Assembly: GCA_034670305.1 (NCBI GenBank)
Contig: JAXMNT010000035.1
Location: forward strand, 16,834-80,833
Direction: 5' to 3'
Length of the DNA: 64,000 nt
Source of the DNA: Deltaproteobacteria bacterium
Lineage (GTDB): Bacteria > Myxococcota_A > Polyangia > Polyangiales > Houyiibacteriaceae
Numbering within the stretch: position 1 is the stretch's first letter; each line of letters starts with the position of its first letter. Below, one piece after another: positions 31,701 to 40,579 of the stretch. The notes beneath the pieces are model-generated. The model made no database searches. It was not told where the DNA came from and worked only from the letters and a program-made list of their open reading frames with translations. The translations under genes were made by a program, and so were the position numbers.

Positions 31701-32108
31701 CGCCGGCGTGTCGGACCAACGTTCCACGCAGGGCGCGATCGGACGTCCGAGATCGATGCCGGCGGCCAAGCCCCGCAGGGCGGTCGACTCGTCGTCGGAG
31801 CGACTGAGCAGCGCGAGCACCAGCGGACCGAGCAGACGGCAGGAGTCGCGGCCGTCCTCGTCGCTCACCAACACCCGGTGCGATTCTCCACCGGCCCGCA
31901 GCCGCGCCACCGCGGTGGCGACTTCGGGATCGGTCGCGCCGCGCGCTTCGTAGAGCGCCAACAAGAACGTGCTGTCGAGCGGCAACGCGTCGCAACACGC
32001 CCACGCCTTGTCGAGCCAGTCGTCGCCGGAGGCCACGGCGGCCGCTTCCGCCTGTGCTTCCGTCTTCGCGGCCGCCATCTCATCCAAACACTCGAACCAA
32101 CCAGCCAT
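28710..32108 (-). CDS. Large protein with helical N-terminal region and C-terminal WD40 beta-propellers
   Basis: LEGHGGVPNGTRCAAVSPDGTLLVTGGQDAKLIGWD, LLTADWDGSVIEW, FASAATDHIVRVYD repeats. Confidence 0.85.
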   Translation of the reverse strand: MAGWFECLDEMAAAKTEAQAEAAAVASGDDWLDKAWACCDALPLDSTFLLALYEARGATDPEVATAVARLRAGGESHRVLVSDEDGRDSCRLLGPLVLALLSRSDDESTALRGLAAGIDLGRPIAPCVERWSDTPAHLPFGLAASPYPEDRAVAIAALDGIDDLPERVQLAVCLALAGDLRVAPRLQTAVSTLAAFWRERCARLFAGEDPSHPLHESFDAVFSLMRAVSSVAAATAVASTSSQQGFDAKAIRAQLGSMIRTDDALPALWGIAALTGAGDDVTDVRAYLDSLAGNPDETMLLRAGAALVCARAGDPDPRGLEAARYLRDTLRVQRYGYPKADDLLVLHRVAAELFAASDDSSAEDLAWVQSLSTHPTVLLREVGAAAGGLEPRYWDSVRAQQVLAEDGPDALFEALENEATCFENVLLAALLEHPDRDVRARLVQWCRTQIEATEAYRASYYGDLPDPEKPRLWVLSRLEEDDRAEWLAGSEHPWIQSMFLDGPDMPYVAPDDAGHATIEAFDAPAFSLGQNINGLAVSPDGALLCAVGENTARLLDAHTGALLHSLELRWNWAYDCVFLPDGKRVAATFHGGHVEVYDVATGERTLELEGHGGVPNGTRCAAVSPDGTLLVTGGQDAKLIGWDLGTGTQRWSFSSGSGCYQDVVFRPDGRVLASHVTSSGGDKNTLEILDPQTGEAEVFDMKFSVWSLAYAEDGTLAYAGDSKWIWVGKEGEGDKRFAFTRKLLQTQVTRLEFQGDGLYATTQGGAFTRWELGDDTESTLIEGGASIWALACHGERAFAAGKSGVVTVAEGGALVPIENVAHARRVVVMLPGENGGLLTADWDGSVIEWRDGAGREVVDLGLTVEDGVLVPGRRALFGTRGGLRLIDLDTGEVLAETEARADDVAVLGPEKIAHRVGDHVGFASLPDLATVGEVVEVGTDTLNALCVVPGADGRALGVLTGNEDGQVCLVDTRREGGTRVWARADHGSDRLARGGNHKNVSSIVFHAGSRRFASAATDHIVRVYDFDAPPDTPPLLRIACGFGLFNRIAFSPDGTLLAIPSSSNLEVYEVPSGRRVGRFGALKRFQSNELAGCVFVGPRRVLVGCDSGRLFEVTLEAERETAASDVGAWEGV

Positions 32109-32172
32109 GCCGCGAGAGAACCACCGAACGGCAAGGACCTCAATGTTTGCCGGCTTCGAAGCCGCTGGCGAA

Positions 32173-32780
32173 TCCGCTTCCAGTTCCGCTTCCGCCTCCG
32201 CTTCCGCTTCCGCTTCCGCTTCCGCTTCCGCGACCGCTTCCGCTTCCGAATCCGAAGGAGAGGATGCGCGGTTCCCGTGCCCGTGCCCGTGCCCGTGCCC
32301 GTGCCCGCGGGGTTGTTTCTGAACCGAAACCGATCCCGAATCCGAAGCCGATCCCGAAGCCGATCCCGAAGCCGAAGCCGATCCCGAAGCCGACGCCGAT
32401 CCCGAAGCCGACGCCGATCCCGAAGCCGACGCCGACGCCGACGCCGACGCCCACGCCGATGCCGAGACCGATGCCGAGACGTCTTCAAAGGGTCGGGCCG
32501 TAGCCCGGCCTTCGTGCACGTACACGTACACGTGCACGTGCACGTACCCGTGTGCGTCCTCGTCCTCGCCATCGAGGATCAGACGTGAGTTCTGTTGACC
32601 GCGTCCGATGCCGATTCCGATGCCGAGGCCGATGCCGAGGCCGACGCCGCCGCTGCCGCTGCCGCTGCCGCTGTCGCTGTCGCTGCCGCTGCCGCTTCCG
32701 CTTCCGCTTCCGCTTCCGCAACCGCTTCCGCGACCGCTTCCGCTTCCGCGACGGATTCCGATCCCGATCCCGATTCCGAC
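32173..32780. repeat. Complex intergenic mosaic of hexamer arrays (TTCCGC, CCCGTG, GCCGAT/CCCGAA, CACGT(A/G), GCCGCT, ATCCCG)
   Basis: At least six different period-6 blocks within ~600 bp. Confidence 0.9.
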
Positions 32781-32788
32781 CGTGCCCC

Positions 32789-34984
32789 TCAGGTCGTGGG
32801 CCGGGTTCGGATCGTCTTCACGCGTTGGCGCAGCGCCGCGAGATCGACCTCCACATCGCCCCAGCGGGCGGCGAGGTAGAGCTCGGTGACTTCGTCCACG
32901 GTCTGCGCGTCTTGGAAGCCGGCTTCCCGGAGCGCTCGCGCGTGTTCGCGTGGCGTCGTGGACGCTCCCCGTTTGTGACCCGCGCGTTCGAGCACCCGCT
33001 CGAGTTGCCGGTAGAGGCGCACCAGATCTTGTTCCTTCGGTCGCCGCTTGCGCCGCCGCCAGAGCATCCACAGGCAGCCGAGCAAGAGCAGCACGCCGCA
33101 GACGATCGCCACCACCGCGTACCGGGGCGAATCGGACCCGTCGGCCTCCGCGTCTTCGTCGGTCAGCGTGCGCTGGCTCTCGTCTTCGGACTGGAACGAT
33201 CGCAACCACCGAAAGGCACGGCGCAGCGCCCGCACCTGTTGGTGCAGGTCGTACCCGACGACGTCTTCGTTCCAGCGGGTGCGCAGCGCATCCAACATCG
33301 CGCGCAGGTCGTCGAACATGCCGGGCGGCACCGGCTCGCCGCGCGCACCTGGGGTCGGGTCGAAGGTCTCCCACTGGTCGTTGACCCAGGCCTCCACCCA
33401 ACTGTGCGCGTCGCCCTGCGCGATCGCGTAGTAGCGGCCGTAGCTGTTGTACCGGCCGCCGAGAAAACCAGTCACGTTCCGGGCCGGGATGCCTTCGCCG
33501 CGCAGCATCACCGCGAGCGCGGTGGAGAAGTATTCGCAGTGTCCTTCGCGCGCCTCGAAGAGGAATACGTCGAGCGGGTTTCGGCCTTCGGTCTCGGGCT
33601 GGGTGAGCGAGTACGCGATCTCGCCCGAGTCCCGCAGCCAGCGTTCGATGCGCCGCGCACGAATGCTCGCCGATCCCTCGCCCGCGATCTCGCGCCCGAG
33701 CTGCCGCACCCGGCCGAGCCCGAGCGGCAGCTGCAGGTAGCGTTCGCGTTCCGGTGCGGTGAGCACTTCGCCGATCTCCCGGGCGTCGTCCGCGGTCACG
33801 ATCGTGTAGCGGAACGCCAGCCCGTCCGGCTCGTACCGGAGGTCGAGCCCGTCGTAGAGGTCGAGCCGCCGTTCGATGTCGACCCCGCTCTCCACCCGCG
33901 GTGGCACCCGAAGCGCGATGGTGCCCGGCAACAAGAACACGACCGGCTCTTGCAGCGGGTCGAGGTGGATGTCGTAGCGCGTCTCGCCGCGCGCCATCGG
34001 CGGCCGCTGGATCACCGCGTACCGGCCGTGCGGCACGAGACCCGTCGGTGGCAACGGCGTGCGCGTCCACTCCGCATCTTCGTACCGGTCGAACGATGTG
34101 CCGCGCAGTCGGAAGTTTGCGTCGACCGGTGGGTTGAGCGCGAGGTCCTGCGGCTGAACACGGAGCACCACCGTCGGGTCGTTGCGAATGGTGCCGAACC
34201 CGCCGAGCTGCACGTTGGATCCGAACCCGGCCACCCGACGGCCGGCATTCTCCCCGAACGCGAGAAACCCCATGCCGACCCGCGGGAAGAGCAAGAAGAA
34301 CGCAGCGGTCGCGAAGAAGAGCGGCACCGAGAGCGCCGCGGTCCCAGCCAGGAAACGCCAGCCGGCGACCTTGCGCGACGCGAGGATGCGCGTGACTTTT
34401 TCTTCGCCGCTCACCGCCCCGCTGCCGAAGTCGGAGACCGGCGCGTCGGGGGTCGCGGTCGCCTCGGCGGTCGCCGCGGGTTTCTTCTTCGGCGGGTCGT
34501 GCAGGTGCGGGGTGTAGTGCCGCTCGATCTCCGCGCGCAGGTGCGTCAGCGCGAACATCCAAGGCGTGACCAGCACGAACCCGAAGAACGCGAACCCGTA
34601 GTCGAGTCCGGTCGTCAGCACAGTCGCCGCGATCAGATGCAGGAACGCGAGCGCCTGCACGTGCTGGTGGTCCTTCGCGGTCGCGCGGTGGAAGAGCTTC
34701 GCGATCTGCAGAAACGCGGCGAACTCGAGCCCGAGTTCCAGCATCGCCGTGCCGAGGAACCCGCGGACCACTTGAAGCCCGAGCAACATCAACACGAGCG
34801 CGTTCCACATGGTCGTGTACCCGCTGCGCGACCAGAGCCCCGGACCGGCGAAGACACTCACGACGAAGCCGACCAGCAAGAGCGCGCGGCTGGGCAGCCC
34901 GATCTCGGTGCCGAGCGTCAGCGCGTACAAGCCGAGTCCCGCGATCAGATAGGTGACGAATTTGTGGAGCGCCTGAAACCTCAC
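32789..34984 (-). CDS. DUF3488 + transglutaminase-like membrane protein (TgpA-like)
   Basis: N-terminal TM block, FLLFPR, FRLRGTSFDRY, FLFEAREGHCEYFSTALAVMLR..GIPAR, AHSWVEAW, FDPTP; GTGA coupling to DUF58. Confidence 0.93.
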   Translation of the reverse strand: MRFQALHKFVTYLIAGLGLYALTLGTEIGLPSRALLLVGFVVSVFAGPGLWSRSGYTTMWNALVLMLLGLQVVRGFLGTAMLELGLEFAAFLQIAKLFHRATAKDHQHVQALAFLHLIAATVLTTGLDYGFAFFGFVLVTPWMFALTHLRAEIERHYTPHLHDPPKKKPAATAEATATPDAPVSDFGSGAVSGEEKVTRILASRKVAGWRFLAGTAALSVPLFFATAAFFLLFPRVGMGFLAFGENAGRRVAGFGSNVQLGGFGTIRNDPTVVLRVQPQDLALNPPVDANFRLRGTSFDRYEDAEWTRTPLPPTGLVPHGRYAVIQRPPMARGETRYDIHLDPLQEPVVFLLPGTIALRVPPRVESGVDIERRLDLYDGLDLRYEPDGLAFRYTIVTADDAREIGEVLTAPERERYLQLPLGLGRVRQLGREIAGEGSASIRARRIERWLRDSGEIAYSLTQPETEGRNPLDVFLFEAREGHCEYFSTALAVMLRGEGIPARNVTGFLGGRYNSYGRYYAIAQGDAHSWVEAWVNDQWETFDPTPGARGEPVPPGMFDDLRAMLDALRTRWNEDVVGYDLHQQVRALRRAFRWLRSFQSEDESQRTLTDEDAEADGSDSPRYAVVAIVCGVLLLLGCLWMLWRRRKRRPKEQDLVRLYRQLERVLERAGHKRGASTTPREHARALREAGFQDAQTVDEVTELYLAARWGDVEVDLAALRQRVKTIRTRPTT

Positions 34985-36135
34985 GCGGCCACCTCGCTGG
35001 CCGACACGACGGAGACTTTGATCTCCAGCACCTTGCCGGTGTTCGGTCCTTGAGGCGCCGTGGTGCCTTCGGCGCCGACCGGCTCGAGCAACGCGAGGTA
35101 GCGCCAGATCGGATCGGGCGGCGCGCCGGGCAACACCACCGGAGAACTTCCCGCCCGCGTCCGCACCTCGACCGACGCGCCGAGTCCGAGCGCCGCCGAG
35201 GCGAGCGACGCCGCTTCGGAGATCGCGGCCTCGAGCCCCTCGGCCCACGCCGGCGCGATCGCGTGGTCGGCAGGCGGCGCGCCGTCGTCGAGCACGATGG
35301 TCAGATGCGCGCGGGTCTCGGCGAGTCGCTCCCGCACCACCAGCCGGCCGAGCGCCGCGGTCCGCCGCCAATGGATCGAGCGCGCGCCGTCGCCCTCCTG
35401 GTACTCCCGCAAGCCGGCGACCTCGGCGCCGCGTCCGAGTTTCGCGGTCGCCGCGGTCTCGCCCCCGAACCCGCCGAAGACCTCGCGCGCATCGGTCGGC
35501 ACGAGCGCGGGGAACACCAGCACTTCGCCGTCGATCGCGAAGCGCCGGCCCTTCTCGATCAGACCGAAGGGGTACCGCGTGCGCACGATGAGTTCTTCGA
35601 ACCGGAGCATGCCCCGTCGCTTCGGACGGCGGCGGTAGGTGGCGGACTGCTGCGCGGCCGGCGCGACCTTCAGGAAGAAGCAGCTCCGCTCGGCCGAGAC
35701 TTCGCCTTCGGCGCGGTCCTCCACCTCGAGCGCGTAGCTCGGGAGCCGCTTCTTGAGGTTGCGCAGCGTGAGCTCGATCAACGCCGGCTGGCCGGCGAAC
35801 GCGCGGGTGGGCACCCGCCGGTCGATGCGAATGCGCCACAGCACCACGTCGCTCAGCACGCCGCTCACGAGCAGCAGACTCAGCATCAGCCCGAGCACCA
35901 AGTAGAGGAGGTTGTTGCCGGTGTTCACCGACGCGAGCCCGACGCCCATCGTGACCGCGACGAAGACCTTGCCCTCGCGGGTGAACCGGAAACTGCGCGG
36001 CCGGCGTTTTCGTTTCTCGCGTTTCTTGGCGCGCCTCCGTCCGCTCCACAGGACCACTTTCACCTTCTTCGGCCGCGGGGCCGCGCTTGGTTCGGTGGAG
36101 TCTTCGGTGGCGGGCTTCGAGGACACGCCAGTCAC
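34981..36135 (-). CDS. DUF58 domain protein
   Basis: TREG, NTGNNLLYL, TRYPFGL, LREYQEGD..RSIHWRRTA. Confidence 0.92.
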   Translation of the reverse strand: MTGVSSKPATEDSTEPSAAPRPKKVKVVLWSGRRRAKKREKRKRRPRSFRFTREGKVFVAVTMGVGLASVNTGNNLLYLVLGLMLSLLLVSGVLSDVVLWRIRIDRRVPTRAFAGQPALIELTLRNLKKRLPSYALEVEDRAEGEVSAERSCFFLKVAPAAQQSATYRRRPKRRGMLRFEELIVRTRYPFGLIEKGRRFAIDGEVLVFPALVPTDAREVFGGFGGETAATAKLGRGAEVAGLREYQEGDGARSIHWRRTAALGRLVVRERLAETRAHLTIVLDDGAPPADHAIAPAWAEGLEAAISEAASLASAALGLGASVEVRTRAGSSPVVLPGAPPDPIWRYLALLEPVGAEGTTAPQGPNTGKVLEIKVSVVSASEVAA

Positions 36136-37079
36136 ACAGGCACAGGGATCTCGGCGGCCAGCTCGCGGAGGATCGCCTCGGCGTCCGCCCGGGAGCTCGG
36201 CCCTTCGGTCCGGGTACGCACCCGGTGACTCAGCGCCGGCACGAGCAGCGCCTTGGCGTCGTCCGGTTCCGCGTACGTACGCCCCATCACGAGCGCGCGC
36301 GCTTTGATCGCGCGGCTGAATGCAAGCGCGGCCCGGGTGGACGCACCGACCTCGAGCATCGGATGCGAGCGGGTGGCGAGCACGAGCGCGTGCACGTAAT
36401 CGAAGAGCGCCGGCGCGACCTTCACCCCATCGACCGCAGCCTGGGCAGCCATCAACTGCGCCTGGCTCACGACCGGCTTCACGCCAGCGACCGGGTCGGC
36501 GCCGGACCGCTCCAAGAGCGCGCGTTCGATCGCCTCCGGCGGATGCCCGATCCGCACCCGGAACAAGAACCGGTCGAGCTGCGATTCGGGCAGCGGGTAG
36601 GTTCCGTAGAAGTCGCGCGGGTTCTGCGTCGCGACCACGAAGAACGGCTGCTCGAGCGGGTACGTCTCGCCTTCGATCGACACCTGCCCTTCGCCCATCG
36701 CCTCGAGCAGCGCGCTCTGGGTCTTCGGCGTGGTCCGGTTGATCTCGTCCGCGAGCAGCACCTGCGTGAAGATCGGTCCTTTGCGGAGCGTGAACGCGCC
36801 GGTCTCCCGATCGAAGACGCTGCCGCCGATGACGTCGGCAGGCATCAGGTCCGAGGTGAACTGGAGCCGCCGAAACCCGAGCCCGAGCGACGCCGCAAGC
36901 GCGCGCGCCAACGTCGTCTTGCCGACGCCGGGCACGTCTTCGATGAGCACATGTCCACCCGCGAGCAGCGCGACCACGAGGGTCCGCACGACGTCGTCTT
37001 TGCCTTGCACGACGACGGACACGCTCTCGATCAAGCGCTCCGCTACGGCGGTCGGACTGGGGGGAGAAGGCGCGGCCAT
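36132..37079 (-). CDS. MoxR-family AAA+ ATPase
   Basis: GHVLIEDVPGVGKTTLA, QFTSDLMPAD, LLADEINRTTPKTQSALLEAM, ATQNP, LPESQLDRF. Confidence 0.96.
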   Translation of the reverse strand: MAAPSPPSPTAVAERLIESVSVVVQGKDDVVRTLVVALLAGGHVLIEDVPGVGKTTLARALAASLGLGFRRLQFTSDLMPADVIGGSVFDRETGAFTLRKGPIFTQVLLADEINRTTPKTQSALLEAMGEGQVSIEGETYPLEQPFFVVATQNPRDFYGTYPLPESQLDRFLFRVRIGHPPEAIERALLERSGADPVAGVKPVVSQAQLMAAQAAVDGVKVAPALFDYVHALVLATRSHPMLEVGASTRAALAFSRAIKARALVMGRTYAEPDDAKALLVPALSHRVRTRTEGPSSRADAEAILRELAAEIPVPV

Positions 37080-37164
37080 CCCGTCGTCAGGAGTCACGCC
37101 GGAAAGGTAGCACGCCCCAGTCGGGGCGGGATCCGAGGTCGTATGCGGTCGTATGCGGTCGGCC

Positions 37165-37428
37165 GCGGTCGCGGAAGCGGAACCGGAAGCGGAAACGCTT
37201 GCGGAAGCGGTCGCAGAAGCGGAGGCGGAGGCGGAAGCGGAAGCGGTAGCGGTAGCGGTAGCGGTAGCGGTAGCGGTTGCGGAAGCGGGTCGCGGAAGCG
37301 GAAGCGGAAGCGGTCGCGGCATCGGCTTCGGCGTCGGCGTCGGCATCGGCTTCGGCTTCGGCTTCGGATTCGGCTTCGGCGCGAACAAAGAACGGGGGCA
37401 AGGGCAGGGGCAAGGGCAAGGGCAAGGA
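37165..37428. repeat. Intergenic hexamer arrays: GCGGAA/GCGGTA, then TTCGGC, then (GGGCAA)n
   Basis: Period-6 repeats directly visible. Confidence 0.9.
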
Positions 37429-37481
37429 CAACGCTTCGCGTTTGGTTGCCCGGGCTGGGCTTCCTGTGCTGTGGTCTCTTC

Positions 37482-38318
37482 ATGCGATGGGATGATCTCC
37501 GCTACCTCGACGCGCTCGCCCGCACCGGTTCCGCGGGCGCGGCGGCGCGGGAGCTGACGGTCTCGGCTTCCACCGTGTACCGCCGCGTCGATGCGCTCGA
37601 GGCCGCCGTCGGTGTCCCTCTGCTCGTCCGTGGCGCGGAGCCGATCGCGCTCACCGATCCCGGCGCGCGTCTGGTGGAGCTCGCGCGGGCGATGAAGCTT
37701 GGTCTGCACGAAGTCGCGCAGAAGGTTCAATCGAACGTCGCGTCCGTGCAGGGACGCGTGAAGCTCACCACCGTCGAAGGTTACCTGCCGCTGCTCGTCG
37801 AACCGCTCGCCGAGCTCGCCGCCACCCATCCGGACCTCACCGTCGAGCTGCACCTCGGGCACTCCGGGCCGAGCGTGCGCAAGCGCGAAGCGGACGTCGC
37901 GATCGGCGTCATGTCGCGGCCCCCGAGCGGCCTCGTCGGGCGGCGCATCGCGCAGATCGCCTACGGCGTGTTCGGCACGAAGGCCGCGCTCGAACGCAAA
38001 CCGCTCCGCTGGGTCGTCTTCGGACCATCGCTCCAACACACCCAAGAAGCCGAGTGGGAACAGCTCCACGCCGGCGACGCCTCGGTCGCCACCAGCTCCC
38101 GCCACGCCTTCACCACCCTGATGTGCGCCGGCGTCGGCGTCGGCCTCCTCCCCCGCCCCATCGCCGCCCAGTACCCGGAGCTGCAAGAACTCGACGCCTT
38201 CCGAGACACCTGCGCGGAACTCAAACGCGAAGCCTGGACGCTGATGCATCCGGACATGAAAGAAGACCCGCGGGTGAGAGCGCTGCTGGACGCACTGACC
38301 CGGCACCTCGCGGACTAG
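37482..38318 (+). CDS. LysR family transcriptional regulator
   Basis: MRWDDLRYLDALARTGSAGAAARELTVSASTVYRRVDALE; GRVKLTT; READVAI. Confidence 0.93.
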   Translation: MRWDDLRYLDALARTGSAGAAARELTVSASTVYRRVDALEAAVGVPLLVRGAEPIALTDPGARLVELARAMKLGLHEVAQKVQSNVASVQGRVKLTTVEGYLPLLVEPLAELAATHPDLTVELHLGHSGPSVRKREADVAIGVMSRPPSGLVGRRIAQIAYGVFGTKAALERKPLRWVVFGPSLQHTQEAEWEQLHAGDASVATSSRHAFTTLMCAGVGVGLLPRPIAAQYPELQELDAFRDTCAELKREAWTLMHPDMKEDPRVRALLDALTRHLAD

Positions 38319-38319
38319 G

Positions 38320-38515
38320 CAGGCCAAAGGCCTGACGAGTCCCCTTGCCCCTGCCCTTGCCCCTGCCCTTGCCCTTTGTTCGGCAAACCGACAGCAACCC
38401 GAGCAACAGACCGAGCAACAGCAACAGCGGCAGACTCAGGGACAGCGGCAGCAGCAGCCTCAGCCTCAGCGACAGCGGCACCAGACGCAGCGCCAGACTC
38501 AGCAGCACCAGACTG
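38320..38515. repeat. Short hairpin (CAGGCC-AAA-GGCCTG), then (CCCTTG)n and CAGCAG/CAGACN-type arrays
   Basis: Directly visible downstream of the LysR TAG. Confidence 0.8.
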
Positions 38516-38566
38516 CTGTTCAAGCGTGCTCTGGAACTCGCGCTTCGGTGAAGCTAGCGTCGCCCG

Positions 38567-39568
38567 ATGGACGTCGACGCCATCCTCGCCAAACCGCGTT
38601 GGGCACCGCTGCGTCGCTTCGTCGAGATCTGGTACGCCGAGCCGCTAGGCGCCACGACCACGCCGGTGTCGGAGATCGATGCGGTCGAGGCCAAACTCGG
38701 GTGCCGTCTCCCGCTCGTGGTTCGGGAGTGGTACCGCCTGGTGGGCCACCGGCTCGTGGATGTGAACTGTGACCGCCCGGTGCCGCTCGACAAGCTCGGG
38801 GTGTGGGACGGACGGCTGGCCCTCTGGCGGGAGAACCAGGACAACTGGAGCGTCGAAGTCGCGGCGGAGCCCTCGGACGACGACCTGCCGATCGAAGTCG
38901 GAGGGGAGCACTTCTTCGAACCCTTCCCGGCGACGGTCACTCAAGCACTGCTCGGCATGGTCTACAGCGACACGTTCGCCGGCGTGTTGTCCGGCTGTGG
39001 CGACGGTCCCCTCGGCAAGCTGGGGGCTGAGGTGGTGGGCGGATCCATTCCACTGGGCGAGGAGAGCGGCGCACGGATCGCTGGGTTGCCAGCGCTCGGC
39101 GTTTGGCCGATGCCCTACACCGAGGCGCCTCCTCGCGGTCATGAGACGCTCGTCGTGGACGGCCGTTGGATGGCCGCAACCGCGAAAGCAGCAGAGGAAG
39201 CCGCGACGCTCTTCGAACTCGGCAGCTCGGGCCAGTACGTGCTCGTCCTGTGGTTGACGCAGCCCTCCCTGCCAGGCGTGACGGCGGCCGAGCTCATGAT
39301 GCAGGGCGACGTCGCCCAACACTTCACCGATGGAGCCGCACGCTATGTCGGGGGACACCACGACTATTCCGATGCCTACATGACGCAGGTCATCGCGATG
39401 GTCCTTCGGTTCGCCACCACCGACCCGGTCCGCGCGTTCGAGATGCTCCGACCGCACCTGTCCCCCGACTCACTCGACCACCTCACGGCCGGCTACCGCC
39501 CCGAAGACACCATCAAGTTCACGCCCTGCTGGCCACCAGGAGCCGAGACCTTCCACATGCCCATGTGA
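38567..39568 (+). CDS. SMI1/KNR4 (SUKH) domain protein
   Basis: VSEIDAVEAKLGCRLPLVVREWYRLVG, WRENQ: SUKH N-terminal signature. Confidence 0.75.
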   Translation: MDVDAILAKPRWAPLRRFVEIWYAEPLGATTTPVSEIDAVEAKLGCRLPLVVREWYRLVGHRLVDVNCDRPVPLDKLGVWDGRLALWRENQDNWSVEVAAEPSDDDLPIEVGGEHFFEPFPATVTQALLGMVYSDTFAGVLSGCGDGPLGKLGAEVVGGSIPLGEESGARIAGLPALGVWPMPYTEAPPRGHETLVVDGRWMAATAKAAEEAATLFELGSSGQYVLVLWLTQPSLPGVTAAELMMQGDVAQHFTDGAARYVGGHHDYSDAYMTQVIAMVLRFATTDPVRAFEMLRPHLSPDSLDHLTAGYRPEDTIKFTPCWPPGAETFHMPM

Positions 39569-39585
39569 GCCCGAACCTCGGCCCA

Positions 39586-39981
39586 TCACTCCAGCACGCA
39601 CACCGTGTCGACACACCGTGCACTCGGAAGCTCCGACGAAGGCGGACAGGTCGGGCACGCGCCGTCGGTGCATTCTTCGATGCCGCACTCGAGCTGCTCG
39701 GCCTCGAGCCACGCATGGGTCGTGGCGTGCCACTCGCAGGGGCACCATCCCGTGTTGTCCGCGCAGCAATCGTCGAACTGCGTCGCCACACACTCGTCGT
39801 CGGACGCACAACGCGGCGTCTCCTCGAGCGGCGCATTGGGATCGAACGCGGGCTGTTGAGTGGTTTGGGCCACTGTCTGGACCCCGGGCTCCTCTTGCGT
39901 GCCGCCACCGCACGCGGTCAGGAAGGCCAGAGCCAGCCCCAGCGCGGCGGTCAGTGTGGATGACGGGGCAGCAATCTTCAT
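39586..39981 (-). CDS. Small Cys-rich lipoprotein
   Basis: LTAC lipobox; CASDDECV..CC..CPC..ARCVDTVC. Confidence 0.75.
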   Translation of the reverse strand: MKIAAPSSTLTAALGLALAFLTACGGGTQEEPGVQTVAQTTQQPAFDPNAPLEETPRCASDDECVATQFDDCCADNTGWCPCEWHATTHAWLEAEQLECGIEECTDGACPTCPPSSELPSARCVDTVCVLE

Positions 39982-40565
39982 GGCTCGGTGCTTAGTCTGG
40001 CAGGCGCTGAGACGCGAACGATTGGCACTCGTCCCGGCGTGGCCTCGCCCGCGGTGACACGGACGCAAACATCGGGGCGCTCCCCACGGCCACGGACCAC
40101 TGCCAGCTCACTTTCTAGTTCAATAGCCGGGCGAGCATGAAGTCTCCCATCACAGATTGTGTACCGTTTGACATCTATTCCATCGGATTCGATGGTCGCC
40201 AGGACGCAGAGAGTGTCGACATCGGGGTCCCCTGGATCCGGCCGCCTGTGGGCGTATGCCCATGCCGCCAACGAGCTGCAATCATCCACTCCGGCCTGAG
40301 CTGCCGACCGCGGACATCTACACTGAGATCTGAGGACGTGTGGCTCTCGACCCTGGAGATGAACCCATGCCCCAACAGCCACAACGGTGGCGAGAACAAG
40401 GCCGACAAAGAGCTTTTTCAAGAGCCCGCCGAGTCGCCAACGAACAACGTCACCGAAGACGCGCGTCCGGGCGCCTTCCGCGTACTCCTGGACGCGATAG
40501 TCATCGACGGAGAGTTTAGTCCGTGACACCCGGATCTGGGAACTTGATCTCAGACTTGCGTTCAT
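39978..40565 (-). CDS. Hypothetical single-pass membrane protein (start uncertain)
   Basis: TM helix LFVGLVLATVVAVGAWV; stop overlaps the ATG of the downstream lipoprotein (ATGA). Confidence 0.4.
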   Translation of the reverse strand: MNASLRSSSQIRVSRTKLSVDDYRVQEYAEGARTRVFGDVVRWRLGGLLKKLFVGLVLATVVAVGAWVHLQGREPHVLRSQCRCPRSAAQAGVDDCSSLAAWAYAHRRPDPGDPDVDTLCVLATIESDGIDVKRYTICDGRLHARPAIELESELAVVRGRGERPDVCVRVTAGEATPGRVPIVRVSAPARLSTEP

Positions 40566-40579
40566 GGCGTCATGGGCCG

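Noticed and set aside
32250-32600. Small gene (e.g. four-helix-bundle type) hidden among the arrays
   Set aside because: Unique sequence between blocks is too short and shows no credible ORF
28710-34808. 2032-aa giant ORF
   Set aside because: Artefact of stop-free hexamer arrays and high GC; the real gene starts near 32108 and the upstream part overlaps the transglutaminase gene in another frame
32789-37079. MoxR-DUF58-transglutaminase operon as a novel system
   Set aside because: Well-known, widespread gene triad
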